Positions 35,655 through 47,544 of a stretch of DNA of 64,000 nt are shown here, piece after piece; the first letter of the stretch is position 1, and each line of letters begins with the position of its first letter. Origin of the DNA: Macrostomum lignano (Eukaryota); contig NIVC01001382.1 in the NCBI GenBank assembly GCA_002269645.1, positions 62,001-126,000 of the forward strand, given 5' to 3'. Position numbers and translations under genes: made by a program. The notes beneath the pieces are model-generated. The model had not been told where the DNA came from, ran no database searches, and saw only the letters and a program-made list of their open reading frames with translations.

Positions 35655-36015
35655 ATAGAGGCGCTATAATACACACTAGAGGGGCGCCATAATACACTAG
35701 AGGCGCCATAAGACACACTAGAGAGGCGCCATAATATGCACTAGAGAGGCGCCATTATATACACTAGAGGGGCGCCATAATAAACACTAGAGACTAGAGA
35801 GCCGCCATAATACACACTAGAGAGGCACCATAATACACACTAGAGAGGCGCCATTATATACACTAGAGGGGCGCCATAATACACCCTAGAGAGGCACCAT
35901 TATACACACTAGGGGGGCGCGATTATATACACTAGAGGGGCGCCATAATATGCTCTAGAGTAGAAAGGCGCCATAATATACACTGGAGGGTGCCATGATA
36001 ATATACATTAGAGGG
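35655..36015. repeat. 23-bp tandem repeat, ~15 copies
   Basis: Variants of acacactagagaggcgccataat (for example at 35702 and 35725). Confidence 0.9.
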
Positions 36016-37299
36016 GCGTAAGGGTTGTAACTTGTAAGCTCGTTCGAAAGGCAAAAAAATTATCTTGTGTAGGCCAGTGGCTGCTTTATCCATTTTATAA
36101 AAACTATAGAAACTGGAGAGGCAGGCAGCCCGGAGCTCATAACATTCAAAGAGCAGTCAGAAGTGTAGCAGTAACTTCAGTAACTAAGAATAGGTTGAAC
36201 CAAATTTAAGTTTTTCTCCGTGTGGTTTGGTGCCTCCTATCTGCTGTCTGTAATTAATTCACAGCTTATCTACAACTTTTACATTCAGAGCTCCATACCA
36301 CATGCTCACAGGATTTTTTGACTTCGAGTTGTAAAAGACGATCGCAAACGAAGAAAAATTTGGTGGTGAGAATATTTGTGAGTGGATGTTGGCGCCCAGC
36401 AGCAGTTTTTCATTGACTCCAGGATTCGCGGGAAAATGAAGGAAGAATGATCGAGTGACAATAAAACTGTCATGGGAACACAGAGACGCGTCGAGGCGTT
36501 TATGATGCAGTGAATGTATCATCTGCAATAATGGGAAAGGTCGGGTTAGCTACCCGGAGCCAGCTGTCAATGCGGCCCGCCGCCCGTAGAAGTTTGGGGA
36601 GCCTGGGTTAGATGATTACTAATTCATGATTTGCCTCTCCCACGGAGCTCTGAAAAAGGAAACTGAAAAGAACGAAATCCTAACAACACCCATATATTAT
36701 AGCAAATAGGGATGTGCCCCGATTACGCAGTAGATATGAAATTTGCTTGCAGAACCGAAAAGAAATATGAAGTTGTTAAAAGTTATATGTATTAAAGAAA
36801 CAAAAGCTGATAGAGCTGAATAAACTCATAATGATACATGTACAAATTAGTATTTAAAGAGTATGCAAGGGCTTCTAGACTTCTAGACTAGATTTAGAAG
36901 TCATTGAGGGTATGCTTTACACATTCATTAAAAATTATATGGTTGTTTACTTTATGGGAGACCGAGTTGGAACAGAAAAGGAACCATTTCACAAAGGCCA
37001 CTTTGATAGTGATCGCAAAAAAGCGGCCAGTGTAGTAGCAAGCGGTTGGGGAAGTATGTATCAATTTCATTTCGAACTGAATTGCGAGGGATAGCTATAG
37101 TGTGTGGAGCAACGCAAATCCTCTCGACATTTTTATAGCCACACCACACCAGCTGTTTCCTGTCTCGTCATCTTGACACAAAGAGACTAAGAGATCCAAG
37201 CAGAAAAAACAGTCTAGCATTATCGAGGTTTCAGTTTCTGCATATGTATTCGATATAATTGCCAGTGTCCCGGGATCCCAGGATTGCAAACCCTACTCA

Positions 37300-37434
37300 T
37301 AGCCTCTCATCTCGCCTCTCTTGTCATCTTTTATCCCCTCTTTCTTCTCTCTCCTTTCCACTATAGCTCTCATCTGGCCCGCAGCCATGAGCTGTCCTTA
37401 TCTGGCCCTTAGGATAAAAAGTTGCCGACCCCTG
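37300..37434 (-). mobile_element. hAT-like non-autonomous element end
   Basis: The reverse complement reads caggggtcggcaac...ctaagggccag...cagctcatgg...gccagatgag, the same family as 45267-45440. Confidence 0.6.
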
Positions 37435-38292
37435 CCCTACCCCAAATGATTGATCATGTTAGTAGGAAAAGACACTGCCCCCTTCTTTCATATCTACAGA
37501 ACAACAACAGTATAATGAACCGGAGCCCCAAGGGAGTCTAACTAAATGTATATAATAATAAACGATAGTAGTTAAGACACTTTACATCCAAACTTTTTAT
37601 AGTTTTACAAAACTCTTAGATATTAGGTTTTACTGACCTTATCTGCTACTGCTAGCTAGTACGCTCGTATGTTAAAGTACTTAGTAGAAAGTAGAATTTA
37701 GCAAGCAAGCAAAGAGATCGAGTTTCCAGTTTATTTTTTAGCATAGGTCTTTAAACGATGACAAATAATAGAGAGATTTGCATGCAGTGGCCTGACCCAG
37801 CAGCCAGGCGAGCAAGGGGCTTGCGTACAACGTTATAATTTCTTCCTATTTCCTATCAACGTTACAATAGCTTCCATTTTACTTACTGGAAAGGAGGAAA
37901 AACATTTTCCCCACATACGCACTCTAGTTAGATTTCTTGGTCTGTGGTCTCTATCTCTATCGCTCGGTTGGGGGTTAGGGCTGAGGGAAGGTGGGTTAAT
38001 TACCTTTGCAATATAATGAGTAGGCACCTTTTTTACAGTCATTTTGACAAAAAATAAGCCCATACGCAATACGGGATGCGCAGTCAAGTGGGAGTTCTTT
38101 GTCTGTGGAATATGGAAAATTGATCGATGACGGAAGCTATGCTTACAAGCCCCACGTGAAAAGCAGACAATAGGAAGAGACAGTCAGTGAGCAGCATTAA
38201 AAAATAGGTCACCATAGACAAACAATAGATATTAAACACAACTTTTGCTACCCGCCGCCGTCTTTACACGTACAGGAATTAGTTGATTAGAC

Positions 38293-39825
38293 CTAGTCAC
38301 TTGACAGTGACACCAGTGGTACAATGAGGTAACAGTCTGGCTGCGGCAGCATTATGCACTTCGTCGTGGGCACTCCCGTAATAGTTTGACGCGAATCAGA
38401 ATAGTAGCCGATCCGTAGGAGTGACGAAAGGTAGGGGTAGTTGTATAAGGTGCCGGTCAAGGTGAGAACAACTTCATAGAATTTTTTGTTGCCATGGACT
38501 GCGGCTATGCGCACTACATGGTCTCCAATCATGCAACAATAATCGGGCGCATTTGAGCTGTATCGCAGAGATGATAGCGGACTCTTGCTTAGCAGGTCGC
38601 GGACATTAAGCATTTGCGTTAGCAAGTGTGAAGTGACAAAACGCGTCACTTGAAGCCGCTTCTCAATTTGTGATAAGTAGTTCTCAAAAGGGAACGCTGA
38701 GAAGTTGCTTAAGCACCCAAAAATTTGAACGAATTCAGGGAGATGCACCAGTACGTGGGTGTTGTGTCTCATGACGGTGTCACCGTACAGCTCGTGGGCT
38801 TGGGCGACAAACTCCTTCAGGCAAGTTGCGGCGTATTCACACTTCAGGATTGATGCAGTAGTCGAATGACATAAACACATAGATTGCAAAATGTAAAAGA
38901 AGAAAGTTCTTGAAAAGTTGATCAGGAAAGAATCACCGGAACAGAACTATACCGAAGTAAAGAAAATAGTTTTTTTACTCAGACGCCTTGAAATGTGCTA
39001 ATTCTTGGTCAATCCGACGAGGACGTCGCTGTAATTGTGACGGAGTGAAGGGAGCAACCCTTACGATCTCCTCGGACAGCGCTGTGATTTCACCGGGCCT
39101 CAGTTTACAATGGCGGCCGTCATCTGTCGAGAACAAAAAGTGAAACAGCTTCCGCACTGTTCCAAGGCAGACAAGATGCATATAGTCCGGTGGTATGCAC
39201 TTAGGGAACTCCAACCCCGGCAGTTGCATAAGTGGACCGGATCCGGCTCGCTGGTTTGACTCACTGCAATTTGAATGAGAAATGAAGTAAGAGAATGAGA
39301 GATGAAGGGAGGGGATGGGAGATCAAAGGGAGGAAATAGGAAATGAAGTAAGGGAATGAGAGATGAAGGGAGGGATGGGAGATCAAAGGGAGGAAATAGG
39401 AGATTAAGTAAGGGAATGAGAGATGAAGGGAGGGGACGGGAGATCAAAGGGAGGAAATAGGGAATGAAGTAAGGGGGTGAGAGATGAAGGGAGCTGGGGA
39501 TGGGAGATCAAAGGGAGGAAGTGGAATTAACTGACCATCCTGCGCGATAATCTTCAGTTGTACGAGACTCTCCTGCTGTTTTTGGATAGACGATTCGTCT
39601 ATCTACGGTATATGCGGGACTTTTGCAATAAAAGCAGCCGAAATGTGAATCTTCTGGCAGTTCTACGGACAACAGGTATTGTGCAAGGTGTTGCGGGTCG
39701 AACTCGTGATTTGCGGTTACGCTGTCAGCACAAGGAGGCAGTTCGTCGGGTTGGTTGTCAAGCAGTTCGTCGGGTATGTCTTCTACTTCATTTTGCTGTG
39801 CGCTTAATTTGGTATCTATTAGCAC
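38293..39825 (-). pseudogene. CACTA/EnSpm-like transposase B, with intron 39264-39535 and an in-frame internal deletion
   Basis: HFGCFYC, PPDYMHLVCLG, HNTHVLVHL, FPFENYL. The intron (gtcagt...ttgcag) sits at the same position as in transposase A. The DG/WP/CD region is missing at about 39650. Confidence 0.85.
39290..39520. repeat. Purine-rich ~60-bp tandem repeat inside the intron of transposase B
   Basis: gagatgaagggag...gggagatcaaagggaggaaatagg...gaagtaagggaatga, about 4 copies. Confidence 0.85.
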
Positions 39826-40304
39826 ATTACTAAATTCTCTCCTAGAGTTGGAATAAAAATCTTTCTCCTTTTAGTCATACCTTTGGATATAAAAGTAGGA
39901 TCGATAACAATTGAGTGGGATAGACTAGAACTAAATGAACTGGTTGAAAGTAGTATAGAATCAAGCTGTTTTACTGAAGAATTTAATTAAATTTGTTTAA
40001 TTGGTTCTTTCGTAAGTTTGTATTAAAACTGAGTATAGCAAAAATATGCGGAATAACAGAATGAACTGAATCGAGAAGGAAAGACCATGTTCATTCAATC
40101 GAGGGTTCGTGATTGGAGCAGAAAAGCGAGCTTTTTACAGCCCACCAATTCTATTAGCCAAAAATTCTATTGGCACGCTATACATACGTTTGTATTTCAA
40201 GTATATCCAACTATAATCTGCAGTCTGTAGTCCAACCAGCAATCTTTTTAGTTCAAACTGTGTTTTAAATTCTAGAAACTATACTATTGTACAACTGTAC
40301 AAGC

Positions 40305-40562
40305 ATGGAAAGCATCCGCTTCATAGTGTTGTTTCTAGATGATAAGCAAGTAATTGAGGCAGGTTACAGTGAAGTTTCCCTATGTGAATTTCAAGAATTT
40401 ACTGTAGAGACATGGGAGAATTTCGGCTCTTCGCAAAGATTCTGTGATGAAAAACTGAAGGTTAAAGCCGAGTATGAATCTGAATGGTACGACACCGTCA
40501 TCGTGCAAGTCGTACTTGATGACGCGGTGAACACTGAGCCAACGATTAAGTTTACTTATTAA
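40305..40562 (+). pseudogene. First exon/domain of the partner gene of CACTA-like element B
   Basis: MESIRFIVLFLDDKQVIEA...VKAEYESEWYDTVIVQVVL...EPTIKF aligns with IRYIVFFHLDGEIIEV...VRAEYQSDWFDALLLQVVL...TPTIEL (19328-19040). Confidence 0.65.
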
Positions 40563-40689
40563 ACTTAATAAGTCTTAAAAAGAAGAGCATATAAAGTGTT
40601 CTTAGATTGGTGCCTCGAGTGAACTGCGGTCAGCGAAACCGGTTCATAACTTTAAAGGTGAGTAAAGCAAAATCTTGAATTGCAAAATT

Positions 40690-42061
40690 TCTCAGCATCA
40701 TCTCTCTGTCACTCAGCGTTGTCTCTCCATCACTCAGCGTTCTCTTTCCGTCACTCAGCATTATTTCTCTGTCACTCAGCGTTCTCTATCCATCACTCAG
40801 CGCTCTCTCTCCGTCACTCAGCGTTGTCTCTCTATCACTCAGCTTTTTTTCGCCGTTACAGCGTTCTATTTCTCCGTCACTCAGCGTTGTCTCTCCATCA
40901 CTCAGCGTTCTCTTTCCGTCACTCAGCATTATCTCCCTGTCACTCAGCGTTCTCTATCCATCACTCAGCGCTCTCTCTCCGTCACTCAGCGTTCTCTATC
41001 CATCACTCAGCGCTCTCTCTCCGTCACTCAGCGTTGTCTCTCTATCACTCAGCTTTTTTTCGCCGTTACAGCGTTCTATTTCTCCGTCACTCAGCGTTGT
41101 CTCTCCATCACTCAGCGTTCTCTTTCCGTCACTCAGCATTATCTCCCTGTCACTCAGCGTTCTCTATCCATCACTCAGCGCTCTCTCTCCGTCACTCAGC
41201 GTTCTCTATCCATCACTCAGCGCTCTCTCTCCGTCACTCAGCGTTCTCTTTCTCCGTCACTCAGCGTTCTCTCTCCGTCACTCAGCGTTCTCTTTCTCCG
41301 TCACTCAGCATTATCTCTCTGTCACTCAGCGTTGTCTCTCCATCACTCAGCGTTCTCTTTCCGTCACTCAGCATTATCTCCCTGTCACTCAGCGCTCTCT
41401 CTCCGTCACTCAGCGTTCTCTATCCATCACTCAGCGCTCTCTCTCCGTCACTCAGCGTTCTCTTTCTCCGTCACTCAGCGTTCTCTCTCCGTCACTCAGC
41501 GTTCTCTTTCTCCGTCACTCAGCATTATCTCTCTGTCACTCAGCGTTGTCTCTCCATCACTCAGCGTTCTCTTTCCGTCACTCAGCATTATCTCCCTGTC
41601 ACTCAGCGCTCTCTCTCCGTCACTCAGCGTTCTCTATCCATCACTCAGCGCTCTCTCTCCGTCACTCAGCGTTCTCTTTCTCCGTCACTCAGCGTTCTCT
41701 CTCCGTCACTCAGCGTTCTCTTTCTCCGTCACTCAGCGTTCTCTCTTCGTCACTCATTATTGTTTCTCTGTCACTCAGCGTTCTCTATCCATCACTCAGC
41801 GCTCTCTCTCCGTCACTCAGCGTTCTCTTTCTCCGTCACTCAGCGTTCTCTCTCCGTCACTCAGCGTTCTCTTTCTCCGTCACTCAGCGTTCTCTCTTCG
41901 TCACTCAGTATTGTTTCTCTGTCACTCAGCGTTCTCTATCCATCACTCAGCGCTCTCTCTCCGTCACTCAGCGTTCTCTTTCTCCGTCACTCAGCGTTCT
42001 CTTTCTCCGTCACTCAGCGTTATCTCTCTGTCACTCAGCATTATCTCTCCGTCACTCAGGG
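40690..42061. repeat. ~21-bp-unit minisatellite (ctctccgtcactcagcgttct), 1.37 kb, with higher-order blocks
   Basis: Continuous gtcactcagc cores. The long HS/TQR/SLS ORFs are repeat artefacts. Confidence 0.95.
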
Positions 42062-43948
42062 AGACAGCATTATCTGAGACAGCATTTTTCTATGGACCTA
42101 GTAACTTCTTCTATGGGCCTAATAACTCTATCCATGTGGCTAGTAACTTTATCTGAATCTAGTAACTTCTTGTATGAACCGAGTAACTCTGGGCCTCGTG
42201 GTTCCTAGAGTCTTTGTTCGTCGGCAGACTATGACTCACACGCACTCTAGCACTCTGATGATTCAGCGTCTGACCTTGCTCAGACTGACCTCTTGTCCGC
42301 GAACTCTTAGTGAACGGAGTGACTGGTTCCTCTATTTCCGGGTGGACAAGAGTCCCAAATAACTTTAACTTTCGGTAGCTTTCCGAGAATTGGCCTAAGG
42401 CTAAACTGCTTATTTTGCACCAGTCGAAGAGCAGTACCCTGAGATGGTCTGATAGAGCAATACCAATAATTTCTTGATGAGTTACGTTCCCCAATGTATC
42501 GATAATCAATTCCCAAACTAAATATGTCACGAAAGGTAGTTCGCTGCCACCAATCGAAGCTATGATCAAATGACTGAGCCAAAACCGCTATCAAAGAGAT
42601 TTGAATAAATTGAGTTAGAACTAGAACTTAAATTAACCAGTAACTTAACGAACTATCAATTGCAATTATTAAACGATAAATTAACAAATATTGGAACTAG
42701 CGCACCAGCAGAAAATGATAATTAACCTTAACAAAATTAAAAGACAAAAACACAAAAATAAGCTCGGCCTCCTGTGTCCTTACTAACACAGTCTGTTAGA
42801 GCTAAGATTTAGTTGGCTAAACTAACTTAGTACTTAGGAGCAGTGCTCAACTAAGACTCAATAGTTACTAATAACTAGTCATGGACTAATAGTTTGTCAG
42901 GCACACCGGGCCGATCTTACAAGGCAATACTACACTAGAGCACACAGTCCGGGCTAAGTTGCAAACTCGGGGCAACCAGAGGAGAGTAAGCGCGGAAAAA
43001 GTGCGCGTGCGAGAGCGAGAGCCAATTCAAATTGGTGCGCGCGGTATTTATATACCCGCAGAATGAGTGCATTAAAACAACTGGTAGGCCTCTTGGCACA
43101 ACGTTACAGTATCCTATTCGGTTTCGGATGTGCAAGAGTTCCTAGTGAATTAATTGCGCACGTTAGTATTTTCACTTGAGTCATTAATAATAAATAATAA
43201 TTCGCGTAATTAACGATGAATTTCAGGAGCCCTACCACACATATAGCTAGATTAAATTTTTGGTATATTTGCATTGACAATTTACTGTCTCTTCGCATGC
43301 CCAAAAAGGGTTTTTTGACGTCGGGTTTTAAAATACAGAAACAATATGATGAGAATAGAGAATATACTATGAAAATGAAGCATTTATGTAAGTGCTGTGT
43401 TACAGTGGGTATTGCAATCAATATACATGCATTCAGGGACTACTCAAACACCGGGACGGGAAACTAGGAATTTTTTACGAGGCTGGTCTTTAGCAGCTGA
43501 CGAGGCTGGCTGGCTTATTTTCATCCCTGCATGCATTCGTGTTTTAAGTGTGTTGCGTTCGAGAGCAGTAATTTTTCTACTCGTATAGCTAGCTAGCACA
43601 AGTACGAGCGTATACACAACATTCGCAGTATACTTTTAATTGAAATATAATTTTGCATTGCTGAAAAGTAACAAGGGCGAACCTCGTGGGACTCACAAGT
43701 GCTGACTTTTACCCCTCTGCTTCCTAACTGCATGGCACTATTGATGCTATCTTTAGAACTCCTTTGCTTTGGGGCCCAAATCCAAGTTATCTGCCCTCAT
43801 AAGTATGAGCACCGAGCACCGAGTGCAAAATTTATCAAAGCAGAAGTGTACAACTTTAAGTCAGAGGCAGTCCAGTTGTATGTGCTATCGGAATAAAAAT
43901 GGGGATACTTGGAGTGGACCTGTCACTACTAGCCCTGTCCCAGGGAAG

Positions 43949-44610
43949 GGGTGCTTTCACAAGGTCGAAATTTCACAACGTCGAAAAGTAAATTATTTCC
44001 CAAGGTCGAAACTTCACAAGGTCGAAATTTCACAACATCGAAAACTTTAGCAAGAGACTTCATAAGGTCGAAATTTCATAAGGTCGAAATTTCACAACAT
44101 CGAAAACTCAAATAGCAGCCACTTTCACAAGATCGAAACTTCACAAGGTCGAAATTTCACAACATCGAAAAATCTAGCAAGAGATTTCATAAGGTCGAAA
44201 TTTCACAAGGTCGAAATTTCATAACATCGAAAACTCAAGTGCAGCCACTTTCACAAGGTCGAAACTTCATAAGCTCGAAATTTCACAAAGTCGAAAATTT
44301 TATCTATCAAGAACCATACAGTAGTTTTCTACGTTGTGAAATTTCGACCTTATGAAATTTCGACCTTATGAAGTCTCTTGCTAAAGTTTTCGATGTTGTG
44401 AAGTTTCGACCTTGTGGGGTTTCTACCTTATGAAAGTGGCTGCTTTTCGAGTTTTCGATGTTGTGAAATTTCGACCTTGTGAAGTTTCGACCTTGTGAAA
44501 GTGGCTGCTATTTGAGTTTTCGATGTTATGAAATTTCGACCTTGTGAAATTTCGACCTTGTGAAAGAAGGTGCTTTCGACGTTGTGAAATTTCGAGTTTG
44601 TGAAACCCCC
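43949..44610. mobile_element. MULE-type foldback element (~660 bp) with 16-bp modular repeats
   Basis: Left arm of ttcacaaggtcgaaat units and an inverted right arm (atttcgaccttgtgaa). G-run and C-run termini. TSD cccagggaa(g) at 43939-43948 and 44611-44620. Confidence 0.88.
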
Positions 44611-45266
44611 CCCAGGGAAGAAAGCCTAGGGTAGAGTGAACAAAGAGGCAGACCGGGGAAGGGGCATTGCAAAATTTTTATACTAAGGGTATCCCATAGT
44701 ATTTTTTGCCGTTTGGCAGATGTTATCTCTAGCCGAGCTCGCAAGTAAAGTGGAAGAATGCTTTATGATATTTATACTGGTAAAACGAGCATACACAACA
44801 AACTGGGGGCTGAGTGGGGGGTTTTGGACCAACTTGCAGGAGGCTTGAGAGGGGGAGGGGGGAAAGGAAGTGAGGGAAAAAACCACACTCACCACACTCG
44901 AATACAAGCTTGTAAAAGAAACTGGCTTAGGCGTGATTGTATCCAATGCGAATGATTTACGCAGTATGAATATGTGATAACTCGAATATGAATTGAATGC
45001 TAGTGCTTCTCGGTCACAAATATGAATGGTATGACTGTTATGGTTCTCAGTCCCGCCCTGATTGAACCAACTTTGACTCTTGCCTTCGTTGATCTTATCG
45101 CTCCCTTTTTTCACAATGAAAAACAAACGACTGTTTATGATTTTCTTCCTCGTCTCTTATCTCCTCCCAGGGCATGTCTAGCTAACACACAGGCTTCCCC
45201 TATTTCATCGGTCTCTGATTTCGCTTACCGGTACTCTTTCCAGATTAGAAGCAATAACTTCTAGTC

Positions 45267-45440
45267 CAAGGGTCGGCAAACTATTTTACCCTAAGGGCCA
45301 GGTAGAGAAGAATCCAGCTCATGGCGGCAAGCCAGATGAGATTGGAAAGGACAGAAAATTAGAGATGAGAGAAGAGAGGAGATGCAGGAGATGAGACGAG
45401 AGGAGAGATATGAGATATGAAGAGAGGCGAGACGAAGTCA
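45267..45440 (+). mobile_element. hAT-like non-autonomous element start
   Basis: caagggtcggcaaact terminus; internal sequence shared with 37300-37434. Confidence 0.6.
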
Positions 45441-46480
45441 GACACACTTCGAAGCAGCTCATCCACGCCCTGGAATCCTCGATTTCAGAATAAACGGTTC
45501 CCTTTAAAGTTCTCGAATCAACTGGAAAATTAGCCCCAAAAAGTTGGCTAGCTTCAGATTTCTCTAAGCGCTACTTTGGTCATGTTGCACGAAATTTGCA
45601 GAAGAAGGAAAGCCGCAGCAAAAACGATTCGCTTGTTACAACCGGAGGGGACATTCTTAAACAAAGTCAACTGTTCCTCGAAGCTTACATCAGCTCCGCC
45701 TCCATGGTCGAAGTCTTCGTCTTCGCGTTCGTAGGCCTTTGTCCGGTTGTCCGGTTCCTTAGTCCGAATGTCATCAGCTCCAGAGTCCTCCGCCAGTTGA
45801 CCGCCACCGTAGGTTGCAGTCTGCGATAAAACAGCGAGGCAAAAGGCAATTTAGTTTCGTGTGAGTGTTATATTATTATTATCATTTGCAGAAAAGAGGA
45901 AAATACGACAAAGAGAGAGAAAACACTTACAGAATTAGGGATGACTGGCTCCTTAGGTTCAAGGCTCGTTGCAGACTGGTCATGGCTATCTTCACAGTCT
46001 TGTGACTCCCACACTTACTCCAAAGTCGGCCGAGCACAGACTCGTTTGTAGTGTCGCAGACGTGTTTCCTCCTTCTTCTAGATCCCACTAGATGCCACCA
46101 AGTTGTCGCAGACCTAATCGTTCCTAACTGCGATTTCACCGTAAAGCCACCGAGTCTTTACAGACTTTCTGGCTCTTATCACTAAGCTGCCTATTTCTAG
46201 TAGTATTGGCTGCCCTAAACTATGACCTTTCTCTAATTTCACACGATTTCTTTGAAACCTTGTGATAGCGTGTAGTGCCCGAGCGGTAAGACACTGTCTA
46301 ATATCCTAGTTTAGTCCGAAAGTCTAGCGTTTTCCGAGGATCAAGGGTGTCCAGCAGTAGCTAATTCACTCCTCTAATGCCTAATCTCCTAGCGCCTAAT
46401 ACCTATTATTAGCCAGTACGGCTTTCTTAGAGTCTGTACGACCTTAATTTTCTCCTTATTTTTAGACCTCTATCTTGGAT

Positions 46481-46797
46481 CTCCACGACCTCTGGTTTCT
46501 CCCTATTCAGATCCCTAGTTCTGGGTCTCCACGACCTCTGGTTTCTCCCTATTCAGATCCCTAGTTCTGGGTCTCCACGACCTCTGGTTTCTCCCTATTC
46601 AGATCCCTAGTTCTGGGTCTCCACGACCTCTGTTTTCTCCCTATTCAGATCCCTAGTTCTGGGTCTCCACGACCTCTGGTTTCTCCCTTTTCTGATCCCT
46701 AGTTCTGGGTCTCCACGACCTCTGGTTTCTCCCTATTCTGATCCCTAGTTCTGGGTCTCCACGACCTCTGGTTTCTCCCTATTCTGATCCCTAGTCC
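46481..46797. repeat. 46-bp tandem repeat, ~7 copies
   Basis: ctccacgacctctggtttctccctattcagatccctagttctgggt at 46481, 46527 and onward. Confidence 0.93.
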
Positions 46798-47249
46798 TGT
46801 ATTCGTACAAATAACTAAGACTCGCAGGTTTCAACTTACGTTTTGGTTTGAATGTCAAACGCTGCTTCTCCGATTGAGAGCGAGCTCGCGAAGATTCGCG
46901 GAAGAGCGAGTTACTTTTATTTTTGGTAAATTGTTTCGTTTATATAGGGGATAAAACTTAACTTGATTGGTTGAAATTAATTATAAAAAAATAGTTTACG
47001 AAATTTTAACAAAGTATTAAACTCCATTGGCTGAGATTATTTAAAACAAAACAATTTAGGGATTTAAACAAGGAAATTCGCTGATTGGCTAAGTAAAATA
47101 GCTCATTAAACCCGCTTAAAACTACTATTAGTAAGAATAAAAGATCGACCCTATTACAGTAGCCCTGCGGAAACATCGTTGTTGGGGAAGCTGAAAATGT
47201 AAAATAGAGATCGTATGGGAAACTGAAGTAAAATAGTAAAAAACGAGGG

Positions 47250-47525
47250 TTGGGGAGCAAGTGGAAATGGAGGAGAGTCGAGTTGGTCGACTTGGCTGTG
47301 AAAGAGAACAAAGGAATTGCTATCACTGCTCTTCAATATGGAGCTCTATATCCGATGTTTGGCGCTGATGTGTCTGCCAGACAAATGCCTACTAATAACA
47401 GCCCTGTGAATATTGTGACTAACATTGAGATGACTGTCGCAACACCCGTGGACCTTTACATTATCTATGCATTTGAGAGGAAGGTGAAGCTTAACATGAT
47501 CAACAATTCATCCAGTAAAGTTTAA
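47250..47525 (+). pseudogene. C-terminal fragment of Polinton major capsid protein (double jelly-roll)
   Basis: YPMFGADVS...NSPVNI......DLYIIYAFERKVKL resembles the YP.Y.FDVS...D/ER.L C-terminus of Polinton MCPs. It lies immediately upstream of the minor capsid gene. Confidence 0.55.
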
Positions 47526-47544
47526 AAAAATTTTAGGACAAAAA

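Noticed and set aside
40675-42208. Long ORFs of 493, 465 and 220 aa (TQRSLS/RHSAL repeats)
   Set aside because: Translation of the minisatellite, not genes.
42895-43108. Possible 214-bp solo LTR (tgt...aca, TATA on the minus strand)
   Set aside because: No TSD, PBS or PPT, and no second copy in the window.
45450-46140. Two-exon acidic fragment on the minus strand resembling a CACTA transposase N-terminus
   Set aside because: No catalytic motifs are retained and it has several stops; too weak to call.
46268-46350. tRNA/SINE-like A-box (tagtgcccgagcggtaagacactg)
   Set aside because: No convincing B-box or cloverleaf.
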